Shown here piece by piece: positions 38,911 through 52,040 of a stretch of DNA of 64,000 bases. Numbering within the stretch: the first letter of the stretch is position 1; every line of letters starts with the position of its first letter. Location: NCBI RefSeq assembly GCF_018350175.1, contig NC_058368.1, forward strand, positions 84,570,001-84,634,000, written 5' to 3'. Origin of the DNA: Felis catus (Eukaryota). Under the pieces are notes generated by a model. That model was not told the origin of the DNA. It did not search any database and saw only the letters and a program-made list of their open reading frames with translations. Both the position numbers and the translations under genes were made by a program.

Positions 38911-39029
38911 TTCACGTGGGGTTATCGTGCAGGTGCAGTGGGCAGGGGGAGCAGGTGGCCTGCTGATGAGACAGAATTAACTTGATTCTTGATTTTCCTG
39001 TTTTCATGTCTGTTATCTCTGTAACTCAG

Positions 39030-39434
39030 TGTTTTTGTGCATATGTCTTCCATTTACTTTTCCAGTACAAACAAGTCATCAATGTAAACAATCTTGGCAG
39101 CAGCAGTGAAACATACTGACAAGTTGAATAGTCACTTTAAGACCAGGGCACAACCTTCTGAGAAAGAGCCCACACACTCTGATTTACCTTTCCCTGGTCC
39201 CCATGAACTCCCTGGGACTCATCTAGGGGATGCAGTGCACTGAGATCACACTGAATTTGTGTTCTCTCGGATGCAGGGATCAGCTTCTGTGATGTTGGTA
39301 CAGATGGTGGCCTTTCATCCACAGCTTAATTATTGACATGCACAGTCTAACAGTGAAGAGGAAAGACTGCCCTGCCCACCTCCCTGCTGATCGCTGCATG
39401 GACACACAGCAAAGGCCTCCAGGCTCCCGGGCAT
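39030..39434 (-). pseudogene. IGHV: VH relic with leader, short intron and a nonamer-like end
   Basis: ATG..WRPLLCVHAAI resembles MDWTWRILFLVAAAT. Acceptor CTGTTAG (39347). IKL...GHHLYQ.SQKL.SL resembles VQL...GPGLVQPSQTLSL. CCAGGGAAAGG (PGK). ACAAAAACA at 39038-39030. Confidence 0.58.
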
Positions 39435-39442
39435 GTCTGGAA

Positions 39443-39966
39443 CGCTCTGTCCTGAGGACACACAGATTCATCTTCTGCTAAGATATGACAGCAGGGAGAG
39501 AGTGAGGCTGTGAGTGGGCCTGGCCTCACCAGGGAGGAGCAGGTGAGGGGAGGTAATTAGCTCCAGGGGACCTCCAGGTCTGCAGGTGCTAGAGTACTCA
39601 ATTGACACCTCACTTCCTCCTGCATGGGGGTCTCCATGTCAGCGTCTATCTGCACCTGGAAGAACAGGGGCAGGTGATTGGAGTCCACAGGGCACCATGC
39701 AGGTAAGGGCAGGAGCCTGGTGTGACTGGGCCTCACTCATTGCTGTGGACTAGGTCCTTGCCAGCATGTCTCAGCCCTGGGCTCCCATCAGCAGCACCTG
39801 AAAGCAATCCCTCACCTCCAGAGTGGGTCATTCTATGTGATGGGATGGAGCACGGGCACTTGCATTTCCAGCCAGCTGATTCCCGGGAACTCCACGCTGA
39901 CCCAGGGCCAGCACAGCCCTCAGCAGGGGCCATAACCTCACCCACCTCCAGATCCACTGTGTCCAC
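39443..39966 (-). pseudogene. IGHV: VH relic with leader, 104-nt intron and V exon
   Basis: GTGGAC..TGGATCTGGAGG (~MDWIWR), donor GT 39901, acceptor TTTCAG 39798. CTGCCCTTACCTGCATGGTGCCCTGTGGACTCCAATCACC (~LSLTCTVSGDSIT), AEDESV (~AEDTAV), heptamer-like CAGAGCG at 39449-39443. Confidence 0.68.
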
Positions 39967-39979
39967 TTTACTCTGACAT

Positions 39980-42150
39980 TACACCAGAAATTTTAGGAAC
40001 ACTTTTCACATAGTTTCCCCACATCTTTTTGGTAACCTGAAATCTTTAATTAGGGTGAATTTAAGGGTTCAGTTAAGTTAAATTCTCTACAGCATACCTG
40101 GACAATTTCAAAATATGATGAAATAATTAAATGTTCTTAGTGAACTTATGTTTATCTATTTTTGACTTCCTCAATATAGAAAAACTAAAGGTAAATTTTG
40201 GCCTCTTAGTATACTCATTTTGTGCTTTATTGAAAGATTGTACTGTGAAGATGCACATGTTGCTGGGACTTAAATTTATTCATAAATCTGTCTGTCTAAT
40301 GGATGGTGATACAGCAGAGAGTTCACAACTGCTTTCCACTTAGCTTTACTAAAAATTTGGATTAAGAATTCTAATTAATGTAGTAGTCAAAGCTACTAGA
40401 ATGAATAAGGGAAACATCTCTATATACAAAAAACTAGGGTGCATGCTTTCAGTGAAAGAAAAGAAAATGCACTTTTTGTTGAGAAAAAAAGAAGTAATTG
40501 TATCCTAAAGTCAGGTTGATTATATAATGAAAGAAAACTTAGGGTTGCCTAGGGGGCTCAGTGGGTTGGGCATCCAACTTCAGCTCAGGTCATGATCTCA
40601 AGGTTTGTGGGTTTGAGCTTCGCATTGGGCTCTCTGCTGTCAGCACAGAGCTCACTTAGGATCCTCTGTCTCCTTCTCTGTCTACCCCTCCCCCTCTGGT
40701 TCCCTCTCACTCAAAATAAAAAACAAAAAAATAAATAAAGAGGGAAAATTTAGGACAAATTCTGAATTAAAAAAATTGTAGAAAACTTGTGGAAAAGCAA
40801 TCTTCAAGAAGGAATTTTAACGTGTGGTGAAGCTGGCTAAGATTAAAATGAATTTATTATTTCTCCTATAAAAAGCGAGGTGTTTAAATAATCAGGCTAT
40901 TTGGGTATGTTAAATTATACAGGAAGCATAGTCAAACAGGTGATGCTAATACTTAGATCATGTTTATGTGGATATGTGCTATTTAATGTCAGAATCTCAG
41001 AAATTGTATGAAATTCTTAGAGGTCTTTGTGTGCCAATGTATTGTTTACACCTGTAATCCTAGGTACTACCTTAATTATGTCACAAATATAACCAAATTT
41101 CCTCAATTCCCTGTAATTAACTCTAATCAAACCTTTAACCATGCCAGACTTATGTCCATTCACAGACAATTATTCTTTTACGCAGATACTTTTACAAAGG
41201 TGTTACTGCAAAAATTCGTCTTCAAGGAGATTCATAAAAAAGACTCTACAGAGCAAGCTTCTGTTAATTTTAAGGTTATAAAACTGAATTGGGTAAAACT
41301 TTCCAGAACTAACTGAAAAAAACATAAAAGAACAAGAATTAGTTACATGAGTGAATAAACTAAGGATGATCAGAATTCTTATAACTTGGAAATATTGCTG
41401 ACTCCTTAATATTTTGTTTCCAGATATAAGGACACCTTTCCTGTCAAGCTAATTATGATCACAACAATTTGGAAAATGATACCTTTGTAAGTAGAATAAA
41501 AACATTTATTTTTTTCCCTTCCCAATCCCTGCAGAATTCAGAACGTTAGTGAGTATTCCTACTGTTTTGACAATAGCTTTATTTGCACAAGTTCAATAAG
41601 AACATGGTCTCTTTGTGACAGAACAATTGGAAACATCTGTCCTGTTACCAAGTCTTTGGGGGGAATGTGTGAGAGAGATGTGAATACACTCAGATGTGAC
41701 CAGACAGTCTGAAGGAATGAAGCCCCAGGACATAACAGCCTGATCCCTTGCTTGCAAGGTTCCCAGCAGCCCCACCAAATGAGTGAAGGAACCCACTTCT
41801 GGGCATGTGCAAGAAGTCAGGATATTCTGGAGACCTCAAGAAGAAAGAGCTAACTCAAATCAGTGGATACTGCAGGAAAAGACTGTATATCTAGGATTGG
41901 TGATGGGTATTTTTTTCTAGTGATGTTGAAACTGATCGTAAGAAACACATGTTATGTGCTTGAAGATTCAGGCTTGCATTAAAAGACTATTTTCAGACCT
42001 TCTTCTGAACAATTTCTGATGCTGTATGTTATCAGAGTGCACACTGTCCTGAAGTTTTTATTATTTTTCATCTCTAAGAATTCACTGGTCTGTGATAGGT
42101 AACATGACATAAGGGGGGTGCATGGCCTATTGAGACCTACTGCCTATGTC
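39980..42150 (+). mobile_element. AT-rich ERV1-type non-coding internal remnant, with a CanSINE at 40542-40740 (+)
   Basis: Composition and motifs resemble MER4-group internal sequence. No gag/pol ORF recognisable. Confidence 0.5.
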
Positions 42151-42254
42151 AGAACATGCGGTTATGTCATCACTGTGGCTCATTGCAGCAGGAGCCACAT
42201 GGTAGTGAGGCATGAAAGTCTTTGAATCATTACCAAATCAATTTACTTTAAAAA

Positions 42255-42452
42255 TTTTTTAGATTTTTATTTATTTTTGAGAAACAGAGAAAGATAAAGT
42301 GTGAGAAGGGAAGGAGCAGAGAGACAGAGAGATGGAGAATATGAAGCAGGCTTCAGTCTCTGAGCTATGAGCACAGAGCTCTACCTGGGTCTCAAATCAC
42401 AAACCATGAGCTGAAGTCAGATGCTTAACTGACTGACCTACCCAGGCACCCC
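42255..42452 (-). mobile_element. CanSINE
   Basis: Ends CCCAGGCACCCC, with a T-rich tail at the left. Confidence 0.9.
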
Positions 42453-42899
42453 ATAAATCAGTCTTTTCATTAGATTTGTTGAACAGCTATAATTTGAATA
42501 TAAATAACTGCTTTATAAAATTTCAATGACAATTTTTTGTTTAAGTGTTCTGAACTATAATGATAAGACTGCTTATGACAGCTTTAATTATTTTTACTCA
42601 CATGCAATATTTTTTTCACATCCTGCTGGGTAAGCTTCACCATACCCATAAAAAAAATTGGTTGCTATTTGTAAATGGCAAGTTTCTCATTTAAATTTGA
42701 ATCTGGAAATAATGGGAATTCCAAAATAGCCGCTGTTAGAATCTAAAAGTTGAAGTTTCTAAAAGCAAGTGTGAAAACATGCTGTTCTAGACTGGAAAAA
42801 GGCAGTGTTTACAGGGAAACATAGTGCTAAGAAGATGTATTTTTTTTTCCTTAGGTATTGAAATGTAAAATCTTGATGTACGTATGACTGCTGATGTGA

Positions 42900-45161
42900 G
42901 GGTAAGGAACATGATGGCAGAGTAGGAGTACCCTAGGCTTCTCTTGTCCCATGAACACAACTAGATAGCTATCAAATCATCCTAAACCCACCAGAAATTG
43001 ACATGGAGACTGACAGAACAAAGTCAAGAACTAAGGGAGACAAGACGCCACATCGAGTAAGGTAGCAAGAGTGGAGACATGGTTTAGGGAAGAAATGGAT
43101 CATGCATTTTGTGGAGGGGACAGAGCCAAGGTCATGGAGACAGATGAGAGGGAAAGAGAGAGAAACACACAGGCAAAAGCACAAGGAGAATGCTTCCCCA
43201 AGGCCACTGGCTTGAAAAATGAGAGGGGTTGAATTTCATGAGTTCCTGCAACCTGCAGGGAAGAAAGGCTGGCATTTTAAAGTTTAGCAAACTTGGCTGG
43301 AATTCTAATAGAGCCCCAAGTCACATCTCTACTCCTGGAGATGTCAGGCAAACAACCCAGGGGCAGATAGCATCAAAACAAAAACAGTGATCAGAAAAAC
43401 AATTGGGACACATAGGGGGAGATTATTTGCTTTTCTTGGAGCATTTCTCATAGAGGAAACATTAATGGAAGTGCCTTTCTAGGAATAAAGGAGCTTGTTG
43501 GCACCATTTTTTATCCCTGTTCCTCAGCATAAACACAGAGCCACTCACAGGAAGCAACCTGGCACTGACACTGGCTACCTTACTTGCTTACCTCAAGCTC
43601 CAGAGCCCCGTGCTTTCATTAGACTGCCCTTTTCAGTCAAATTTGCCTCACTGCAAGCATGACAGGACCCTCCCTCAGAAGACTAGGACAAAGCCCTGCT
43701 CATACCACATCTCTAACAAGAAAATTCTGCAAGGCCTTAGTTCTTGTGGAGGTGATGTCAGGTCTCATTTCACAAGCAGACCAGGGAACACCTAGTTAAA
43801 ATTCATAGCATTCAGAAGAGGGACGAAACTTCACACTGCAAGGCAGAAGATCCTCTGTATACAACTGGACTAAAGCATAGAGCAATGACAACACAACAGC
43901 AACAACAACACTACACATCACTCACCAGAGCTGCTCCCTAAATTGCCAGGGCTGGACATGATATGACCTCTTCTTCATAAGGCCATACTCTCAAAAGTAG
44001 GAAATGTAACTGGCTTTTCTCAAACAGAGAAGACAAAGGATTAGACAAAATGCCAAAACAGGAATTCATCCAAAATAGAATAACAAGATAAACTCATAGC
44101 CAGACATTTAAGCAGAACACATATAACATGCTTGATAGAAAATTTAAAGCAACATTCATAAATATACATACTGGACTTGAGAAAAGAATAGAAGTCATCA
44201 GTGAGACTCTTACCATAAAGATACATGAGTCAAAAAAACATCAGTTGGCTTGATGCAATGAGCAACAGACTGGAAGTATCAGAGAAATTAATTAGTGACA
44301 TAGAAGACAAAAAAAAAGAGGAAAATATTGAAGGTGAACAAAAGAGAGAAAGAAGAAATATGAGTCATGAGAGTAGACTTAGGGAATTCAGTGACTCCAT
44401 CAAACATAATGACAGTTGTATTATAGGAATCCCAGAAGAAGAGAGAGAAAAGGGGACAGAAAATATATTTGAACAAATGATAGGTGAAAACTTCCCTAAT
44501 CTGAGAAGGAAACAGACATCCAAATTCACAGAGAACTCCCATCAAATTCAACAAAAGTAAGCCAACACCAAGACACATTGTAATTAAATTGGCAAAGTAT
44601 AATGATAAAAAATCCTAAAAGCAGCAAGATAAAAGAGGTCTCTAACTTACAAGGGAAGACCCATAAGGCTAGCAACAGATGTAACCACAGAAACTTGGCA
44701 AAAGTAAGGGTACTGGCATGATATATTCAATGTGCTGAATAGGAAAAATTTTCAGTCAAGAATACTCTATCCCCAAAGGCTATCATTCAGAATAGAAGGA
44801 GACATAGAGAGTTTTCCAGACAACAAAAATTAAAGAATTTGTGACCTTTAAATAAGCCCTTAAAGAAATAGTAAAGAGGACCCTTTGAGTGGAAAAGCAA
44901 GATCAAAAGTGACAAAGACAAGAAAGGATCAGAGAAAATCTCTGGGAACAATAATATAACAAGTAATAATATGCTAATTAATACATATCAATAATTACTC
45001 TGAATATAAATGGACTAATGCTCCAATAAAAAGACATGGCAGGGTGCCTGGTTGGCTCAGTCAGTTGGGCCAACTCTTGATTTTGGCTCGGGTATGATCT
45101 CATGGTAATAAGATCAAACCCTGCTTTGGACTCTGGGCTAAGCATGGAGCCTGCTTGGGAT

Positions 45162-45195
<34 letters not shown>

Positions 45196-45355
45196 ACTCC
45201 CTGCCTTGTGCTTTCTCTCCCTCTTAAAATTAGTAAACACTAAAAAAAAGACATAGCGTGTCAGAATGGATTAAAAAAGGGCCAATTTATTTGTTGCCTA
45301 TAGGAGACTCACTTTAAACCTAAAGGTACTTGCAGGTTGAAAGTGAGAGGGTGGA
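42900..45355 (+). mobile_element. Older L1: 5'UTR, ORF1 and ORF2 start, 3'-truncated; CanSINE at 45041-45250 (+)
   Basis: ORF 44225-44560 is ORF1p-like (RLREFSDSIK..IIGIPEEE). An EN N-terminus runs up to 45355. Confidence 0.88.
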
Positions 45356-48300
45356 GAGGCCAACATGGCAGAGAAGTAGGGGGATCTGTACTCCCCACGT
45401 CTCTCAAACAAAGAAATGCTGTAGTCAAAGGACTTTGAAGCCCAAGAGTCTGGGAGGAAAAGAGACTGAGTCTAAAAGGGAGACACTGGGACATCCTTGA
45501 TGGGCTATAGGTGGGTTATTGTGAACTGGGGGAGAGAAAACAGGCCACACAGGCACGGAGAGGAGGGATCCCCTTTTGCGGAGAGGCAAAGGTAAGAGAA
45601 AGAACATCTGGGGAAGCATGGGACTGTGTCTGGACAAGAGAAAAACCTCGGACTGGGACTGAGAGGGATACCATCTCTAATTGTGGGGCTTTCTTTGGAC
45701 TGGGGCCAGTTGACCCATTCATGCACCTGGGGAGGAAGGGAGTCTGCTCCAGGTTTGGTGGTAGGTCAGGGGCGCAGTCTGCTGTAGGAGAAAGCGGTCC
45801 CCCACCTGGAGTGCTGCACGATAGAACAAAGCCTGCCTGCGTCCACAATCCCCAGGCTCAATGGCCACGTTGAGGGCACAGTCCACAGTAGGAGAAAGCA
45901 GCCCCCTCCCCGGAGTGCTGTGTGACAGGACAAAGCCTGCCTGCATCCACCACCTCCGGCTCGGCAGCAAGGTCAGTGGTGCAGTCCACAGCAGGAAATG
46001 GCAGTCCTCCTTGAAGTGCTGCAGCACAGCCAAAGCCAGCTGGGACCACATATTGGGCTGCACAGAGAGGTGCTTCCCCAGTGCCAGAGTGCATGAAGCA
46101 GGGCTTTGAATCCTAGACAAGCAGGGAGTCAGGTAGTCCGTGGAGCAAAAAGGACTGCCTTGTCTGTGCCCACGGCACAATGAGGATGACTTGAACAGAG
46201 TCCACCGGGTCTGTGGAGAAGAGACTGGAGGATCGCCATCCCCCCCACACCCGCCCCACACACACCAATGCGAGGCCTCAGAGAATGGTCCCTGGACCCA
46301 TAGGGGAGGTGTATCTGCTGCAGCGGGATAGTACTGTGGAAGCAGACAGCTCCATCATCCAGACCAGTGTTGCTGCATAGCCTGGATTAACTCCAGGACA
46401 ATTCTTGTTATTTGGATATATTCTCCCTTCTTATCTCTTCCCTCCTCTAGGCTGGTTACTCTGGTTGTTGATTTAAGCAGACATATTTAATTTGATACAT
46501 GTTCTACATGTCCTTCTCTACTTTCCTTTCTCTCTCTCTGGAATAATCAAGCTGTATATTTTCTCTGTCTGGCTAAAATTATTTACGTTATTTTTCCCCC
46601 TGTATCCTTCCTTATTTTCCTTTCTCTCTTTCTCTAGAATAAGCCATTTAGTCTCTCTGCCAGGTCAATGTTCATTTTCTCTTTTCCACCCCTGTCATTT
46701 CTCTCTTTGTATGTGCTCTTCCATCAGCACCACCTCCACTCTATTCTATACTTGTAGCTGGAGTTTATGTTTTTTTGATTTTGGAGTGTGTGTGTGTGTG
46801 TGTGTGTGTGCTTTATTTATTTTTGTTAGTTTGTTTTATTTGTCTGTGTGTTTGTGTGTCTTTGTTTCCTATTTGTTTGCCTTTCCAGGGCTACTCCAAG
46901 CACACCTCTTGGAGGGTCCAAAACATCACTACGAGTAGAGAAATAAAATAACCAATGTCACAACAACAGAGAGCAAGTAACAAAAAACACCTCCTGAAGG
47001 ACAAGACCCTGGACACTGTATGACCCCCCTTTAATATAGCAGTGCTTGCCATATTGACAAAGTCAAACTTACACTTTTTGCAGATGACATGATACTCTAC
47101 CTGGAAAACCCTACAGACTCCACCAAAAGTCTGTGGAACTGATACATGAATTCAGCAAAGTTGCAGGGTACAACATCAATGTACAGAAATGTGTTACATT
47201 TTTATACATCAATAATGAAGCAACAGAAAGAGAAATAAAGAAACTGATCCCATTCACAATTGCACCAAGAACCATAAATACCTAGGAATAAACCTAACCA
47301 AAGAGGTAAAAGATCTGTATGCTGAAAACTATAGAAAGCTTATGAAGGAAATAGAAGATACAATGAAATGGAAAAACATTCCATGCTCATGGATTGGAAG
47401 AATAAATATTGTTAAAATGTCAATACTACCCAAAGCAGTTTACACATTCAATGCAATCCCATCAAAATTGCACCAGCATTCTTCTCTAAGCTAGAACAAA
47501 CAATCCTAAAATGTGTATGGGACCAGAAAAGAGCCCGAATAGCCAAAGTAATATTGAAGAAGAAAACCAAAGCAGGAGGCATCACAATCCCAGACTTTAG
47601 CCTCTACTACAAAGCTGTAATCTTTAAGTCTGTATGATATTGACACAAAAACAGACACATAGACCAAAGGAATAGAATAGAGACTCCAGAATTGGACCAA
47701 CAAATGTATGGCCAACTTATATTTGACAAAGCAGTAAAGAGTATCCAATGGAAAAAGACAGTCTCTTTAGCAAATGGTGCTGGGAGAACTGGACAGCAAC
47801 ATGCAGAAGAATGGAACTAGACAACTTTCTTACACCATACACGAAAGTAAACTCAAAATTCATAAAGGACCTGAATGTGAGACAGGAAACATCAATACCT
47901 GAGAGGGGAATGCAGGAAAAAAAATCTCTTTGACCTCAGCTGAAGTGATCTTTTATTCAACACATCTCCAAAGACAAGGGAATTAAAAGCAAAAGTGAAC
48001 TATTGGGACCTAATCAAGATAAAAAGTTTCTGCATTGAAAAGGAAACAATCAACAAAACTAAAAGTCAACCAATGGAATGGGAAAAGATATTTCCAAATG
48101 ACATATTGGATAAAGGGCAAATATCTAAAATCTCTAAAGAACTTGCCAAACTCCACACGTGAAAAACAAAAATTCCAATGATGAAATGGGCAGAAGACAT
48201 GAATAGGTACTTTTCTAAAGAAGACATCCAGATGGCCAACAGACACATGAAAGGATGTTCAACATCACTCATTATGAGGAAAATACAAATCAAAACCACA

Positions 48301-49060
48301 CTGAGATACCACCTCACGCTGGCCAGAGTGGCTAAAATGAACAAATCAGGAGACTATAGATGTTGGAGAGGATGTGGAGAAACGGGAACCCTCATGGCAC
48401 TGTTGGTGGGAATGCAAACTGGTGCAGCCTCTCTGGAAAACAGTGTGGAGGTTCCTCAAAAAACTGAAAATAGAACTACCCTATGACACAGCAATAGCAC
48501 TGCTAGGAATTTACCCAAAGGATACAGGAGTGCTGATGCACATAGGCACATGTACCCAATGTTTATAGCAGAACTTTCAACAATAGCCAAATTATGGAAA
48601 GAGCCCAAATGTCCACCCTAACTGACGAATGGATAAAGAAGATGTGGTTTATACATACAATGTAATAGTACTTGGCATTGAGAAAGAATGAAATCTGGCC
48701 ACTTGCAGCAATGTGGATCTAACTGGAGGCTATATGCTAAATGAAATAAGACAGAAAAAGACAGATAACATGTTTCACTCATATGTGGATGTTGAGAAAC
48801 TTAACAGAAGACCATTGGGGAGTGGAAGGGGAAAAAAAAGTACAGAGTGGGAGGGAGGCAAACCATATGGGACTCTTGGATACTGAGAACAAACTGTGTG
48901 TTGATGAGGGGTGGGGGAGAGGGGAAAATGGGTGATGGGCATTGTGGAGGACACATGGGATGAGCACGGGGTCTTGTATGGAAACCAATTTGACAATAAA
49001 TTCTATTTAAAAAATAAAAAAAATAAAAAGATAAAAATAAAAATTAAGAATCTTGAAAAA

Positions 49061-49099
<39 letters not shown>

Positions 49100-49100
49100 C
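45356..49100 (+). mobile_element. L1 with a 5'UTR joined directly to the RT domain (ORF1, EN and half of RT absent), intact 3' end and (TAAA)n tail
   Basis: GC-rich 5'UTR 45356-47049. At ~47050 the sequence jumps to [14 protein letters not shown]2 C-terminus, 3'UTR and tail at 49010-49100. Confidence 0.88.
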
Positions 49101-49304
49101 TTGTATAAAAAAGAATCTTAGTAGTAGGACGCCTTAAAAATTAACCTAGTTTATGAGCCAGCAAACTGCAGCCCAGAGCCCTATCCAGTCTAGTGCCTGT
49201 GTGTTGTTTTAGGTTTTGTTTATTGAGATGAAGTTCATGTAATAAAAATTTACTCATTGTTAAAAGAAACAAAAATAAATAAATAAATAAAAACCACAAA
49301 TAAA

Positions 49305-49500
49305 CATGGTGTCCAGACAATGATGTCAGGAGGGCCACTGTGAAAGCCATCTGTGATTGGCCAGCTGAGCTGCCCAGTGATTGGCCACCTGAACAAGGCC
49401 AATCTGAAAGAGCACTGATGATTGGCCACATACAATGTTGACATCACAAGAAAGCAATGTGATGAATCAGGTGTGTTTAAAAATCCAGACAACAGCTCAG
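49305..49500 (+). promoter_or_regulatory. Promoter-like head: CRE-like sites, clustered CCAAT boxes, TATA-like box
   Basis: TGATGTCA 49321-49328 and TGACATCA 49439-49446. ATTGG at 49356, 49380, 49421 and CCAAT at 49399. TTTAAAAA 49476-49483, which is TATAAAA in the paralog at 17479. Confidence 0.55.
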
Positions 49501-49849
49501 GCCACACTGAAGAAAGAGATAGCAATTCCACCACAGCTCTTCCTGACATTCCTTACAATCTCTGCCCTGTTCCATGCCCCTGCTGATGGTAAGTCCCCTT
49601 CCCATTCCTCCTTCCCAGGGCCACTTGCTGACATTCTGTGCCCCAGCTTCATGTTTGCACGTAACTTTGTGGCCCTGTGTGTTCCTGAGAATCTGAATAC
49701 CTGCATCTGGCTACTCCTGGACCCGCTTTCTATTGTGAGGTTGGCTGTACCACTCAGGTATGTGATCCCATTTGGCAGGTGGGAGTGGGGAACTTGGAAT
49801 CACAGTACAGTGGATTCTAAGCCATCTGGAGAGAGCTCCTCCAAAAAAC

Positions 49850-52040
49850 ACTGTGGTCACAGTGATGTTCAGCACAGGAAAGCTGAGGCCACGTCCTGAG
49901 GGAACGCTGCACAACTTTCACCCCTGAGGTTCTCCAACCCTGGTCAGCACAGGCAATATAAGTGCTCTGAACATCAGGCTGACCGAGATGTTCACAATGT
50001 GGACAATGCCCGCAGATACCTGGCAGAGAGGGAATTTTTTGAAACAGTTAACGACTGGGAGAAGGACTGAGACAGCACTGGACACAGTGGGAGTGCTTGG
50101 AAAACATGCCCTCAGGCCATGAGCTATCTGATACAGCTCAGTAGTTGACAAACAAACCCCAAGGCACTGGGCTGACCAGGCACCCACAGACCACAAGCCT
50201 TCCAACCCACTATTGCATAGTACCATTGAGTCCTAAGAACATCAGGCATGCCAGGAGCCTCCCTACGATGAATACTGCATCCTACCTCAATATTGGACAA
50301 AAGAGTCATATGGACACCAAGATGACCAGAGGCCCTCCAACCAAGAGCCTGTAATCCAGGAGAGAGGGCAATTGATTGCCCAAGACTCTGGCCTTGACAG
50401 GAGCTTTCAGAGCACAAGCATTCTAGTTGAGCAGAGCACAGGGAAATCTAGTCTCCAGAATAGAGAGCTTGTCAAGAGACATCAGACCATGATTCCCCCA
50501 ACCCAGCTCTGCACTAGGCCAAGAGGTCACCTGGACAATAGGCTCACCAAGTACCCTTTGACCTGGAGCCCTCCAACAGAGCAGGGCATAGGACAGTCAA
50601 GTCTCCAGAACACCAAGCTTGCCAGGAGCCTTCAGGCCATGATCCATTTAATCCAGCTCTGCATTAGGCCAAGTAGTGATCTAGAAAGTGGGCTTACCAC
50701 TTGCCCTTGTACCTGGAGGGCTCTAAACCAGCTCAGCATTAGGGTAAGGAGTGTCCTGGACATTTGGTTCACCGTGTGTTTTTGGATCTGGATCCCTATG
50801 ACAGAGCAGAGCAGAGCAGAGGGCAATCAAATCTCCAGAACATTGGGCTTGCCAAGAACCATAAGACCATGATTCCTCCCACCAAGCTCAGCACTAGGCC
50901 AAGGAGTCACCTGGATCATGAGTTCACCATGTGCCCTTTGACCTGGAGACCTCCAGCAAAGAAGATTGAAAGGCAATCAAGTCTTCAGAGCCTCAGGTTT
51001 GCCCAGAGCCTTCAGACAACAAGCCATCCAAACCAGCTCTGTACCAGACCACGTGGGCTCAGCACTTGCCCTTGGACCTGGAGGACTCCAAAACAAGCTC
51101 AGCACTAGTCCAGGGAGTCACCTGGACAGTTGGCGCACCATGTGTCCTTGGATCTTGAGCCCTACAGTAGATAAGAACACAGGGCAATAAAGTCTCCAGA
51201 ACACTGGTCTTGCCAAAAGCCTTCAGGTCATGAGCCCTCCAATACAGCTCTACACTTGGCCTAGGAGTCACCTGGAGAGTGGGCTCAACATGTGCCCTTG
51301 GTCCTGGAGACCACCTACCCAGCAGAGCAAAGGCAATCAAGTCTCCAGATCACTATGCTTTCCAGGAGCATACATACCAGAAACCATCCAATCCAGCTCT
51401 GCCTTAGGTCAAGGAGTCATGTGGACAGCAGACTCATTATGTGCCCTTGAATCTGGAGCCTTCCAAGCCATCAAAGAATAGAGCAATCAAGTCTCCAGAG
51501 CACTGGGCTTGCCAGAACCCTTCAGACTATGAGTCTTCCAACCCAGCTCTTCACTAAGCCAAGATGTCACCTAGACAGTGGACTCACCACATGCCCTTGG
51601 ACCTGGAGGGCTCCAAACCAGATCAGCACTAGGCCAAGGAGTCATCTCAGCAACAGGCTCACTATGTACACTTTTACCTGGAGCCTTCTAATCAAGCAGA
51701 GTCAAGGGCAATTGATCACTAGGCTTCCTAGTTGGCCTCAGGATATGAGACCTCTAAACCAGCTCAGCACTGTACCCACATGTCCACTGGCCCCATGGCT
51801 AAATGAAAGCCTTCAAACCATGAGCTTTCTATCTCAGCTTAGCACTGGGCAAAAACATCACTAGGACAGTGAAGTGACCCAGACTCCTCTGATTGGGAGC
51901 CATCCAACCCAGCAGAGAAGTGGGCAATCAAATTCCCAGAACATCAGGCCTACTGGAAACCTTGTGACCTCAAGCCCTCTATTCCATCTTGACACCGTGC
52001 CACTGAGTCCCCTGGACACTGTGCCTACCAAGAGACCCTT
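49850..52040 (+). repeat. Diverged tandem array with a 75-bp base period and 150-bp dimer
   Basis: CAGCTC-like anchor at 50504, 50654, 50729, 50884, 51034, 51095, 51245, 51394, 51544, 51619, 51760, 51835 and 51985. Confidence 0.93.

Noticed and set aside
49850..52040. CRISPR-like or Ig switch-region interpretation of the array
   Set aside because: Eukaryotic DNA with no constant-repeat/unique-spacer structure. It is not dominated by GAGCT/GGGGT pentamers and has no adjacent C exon.
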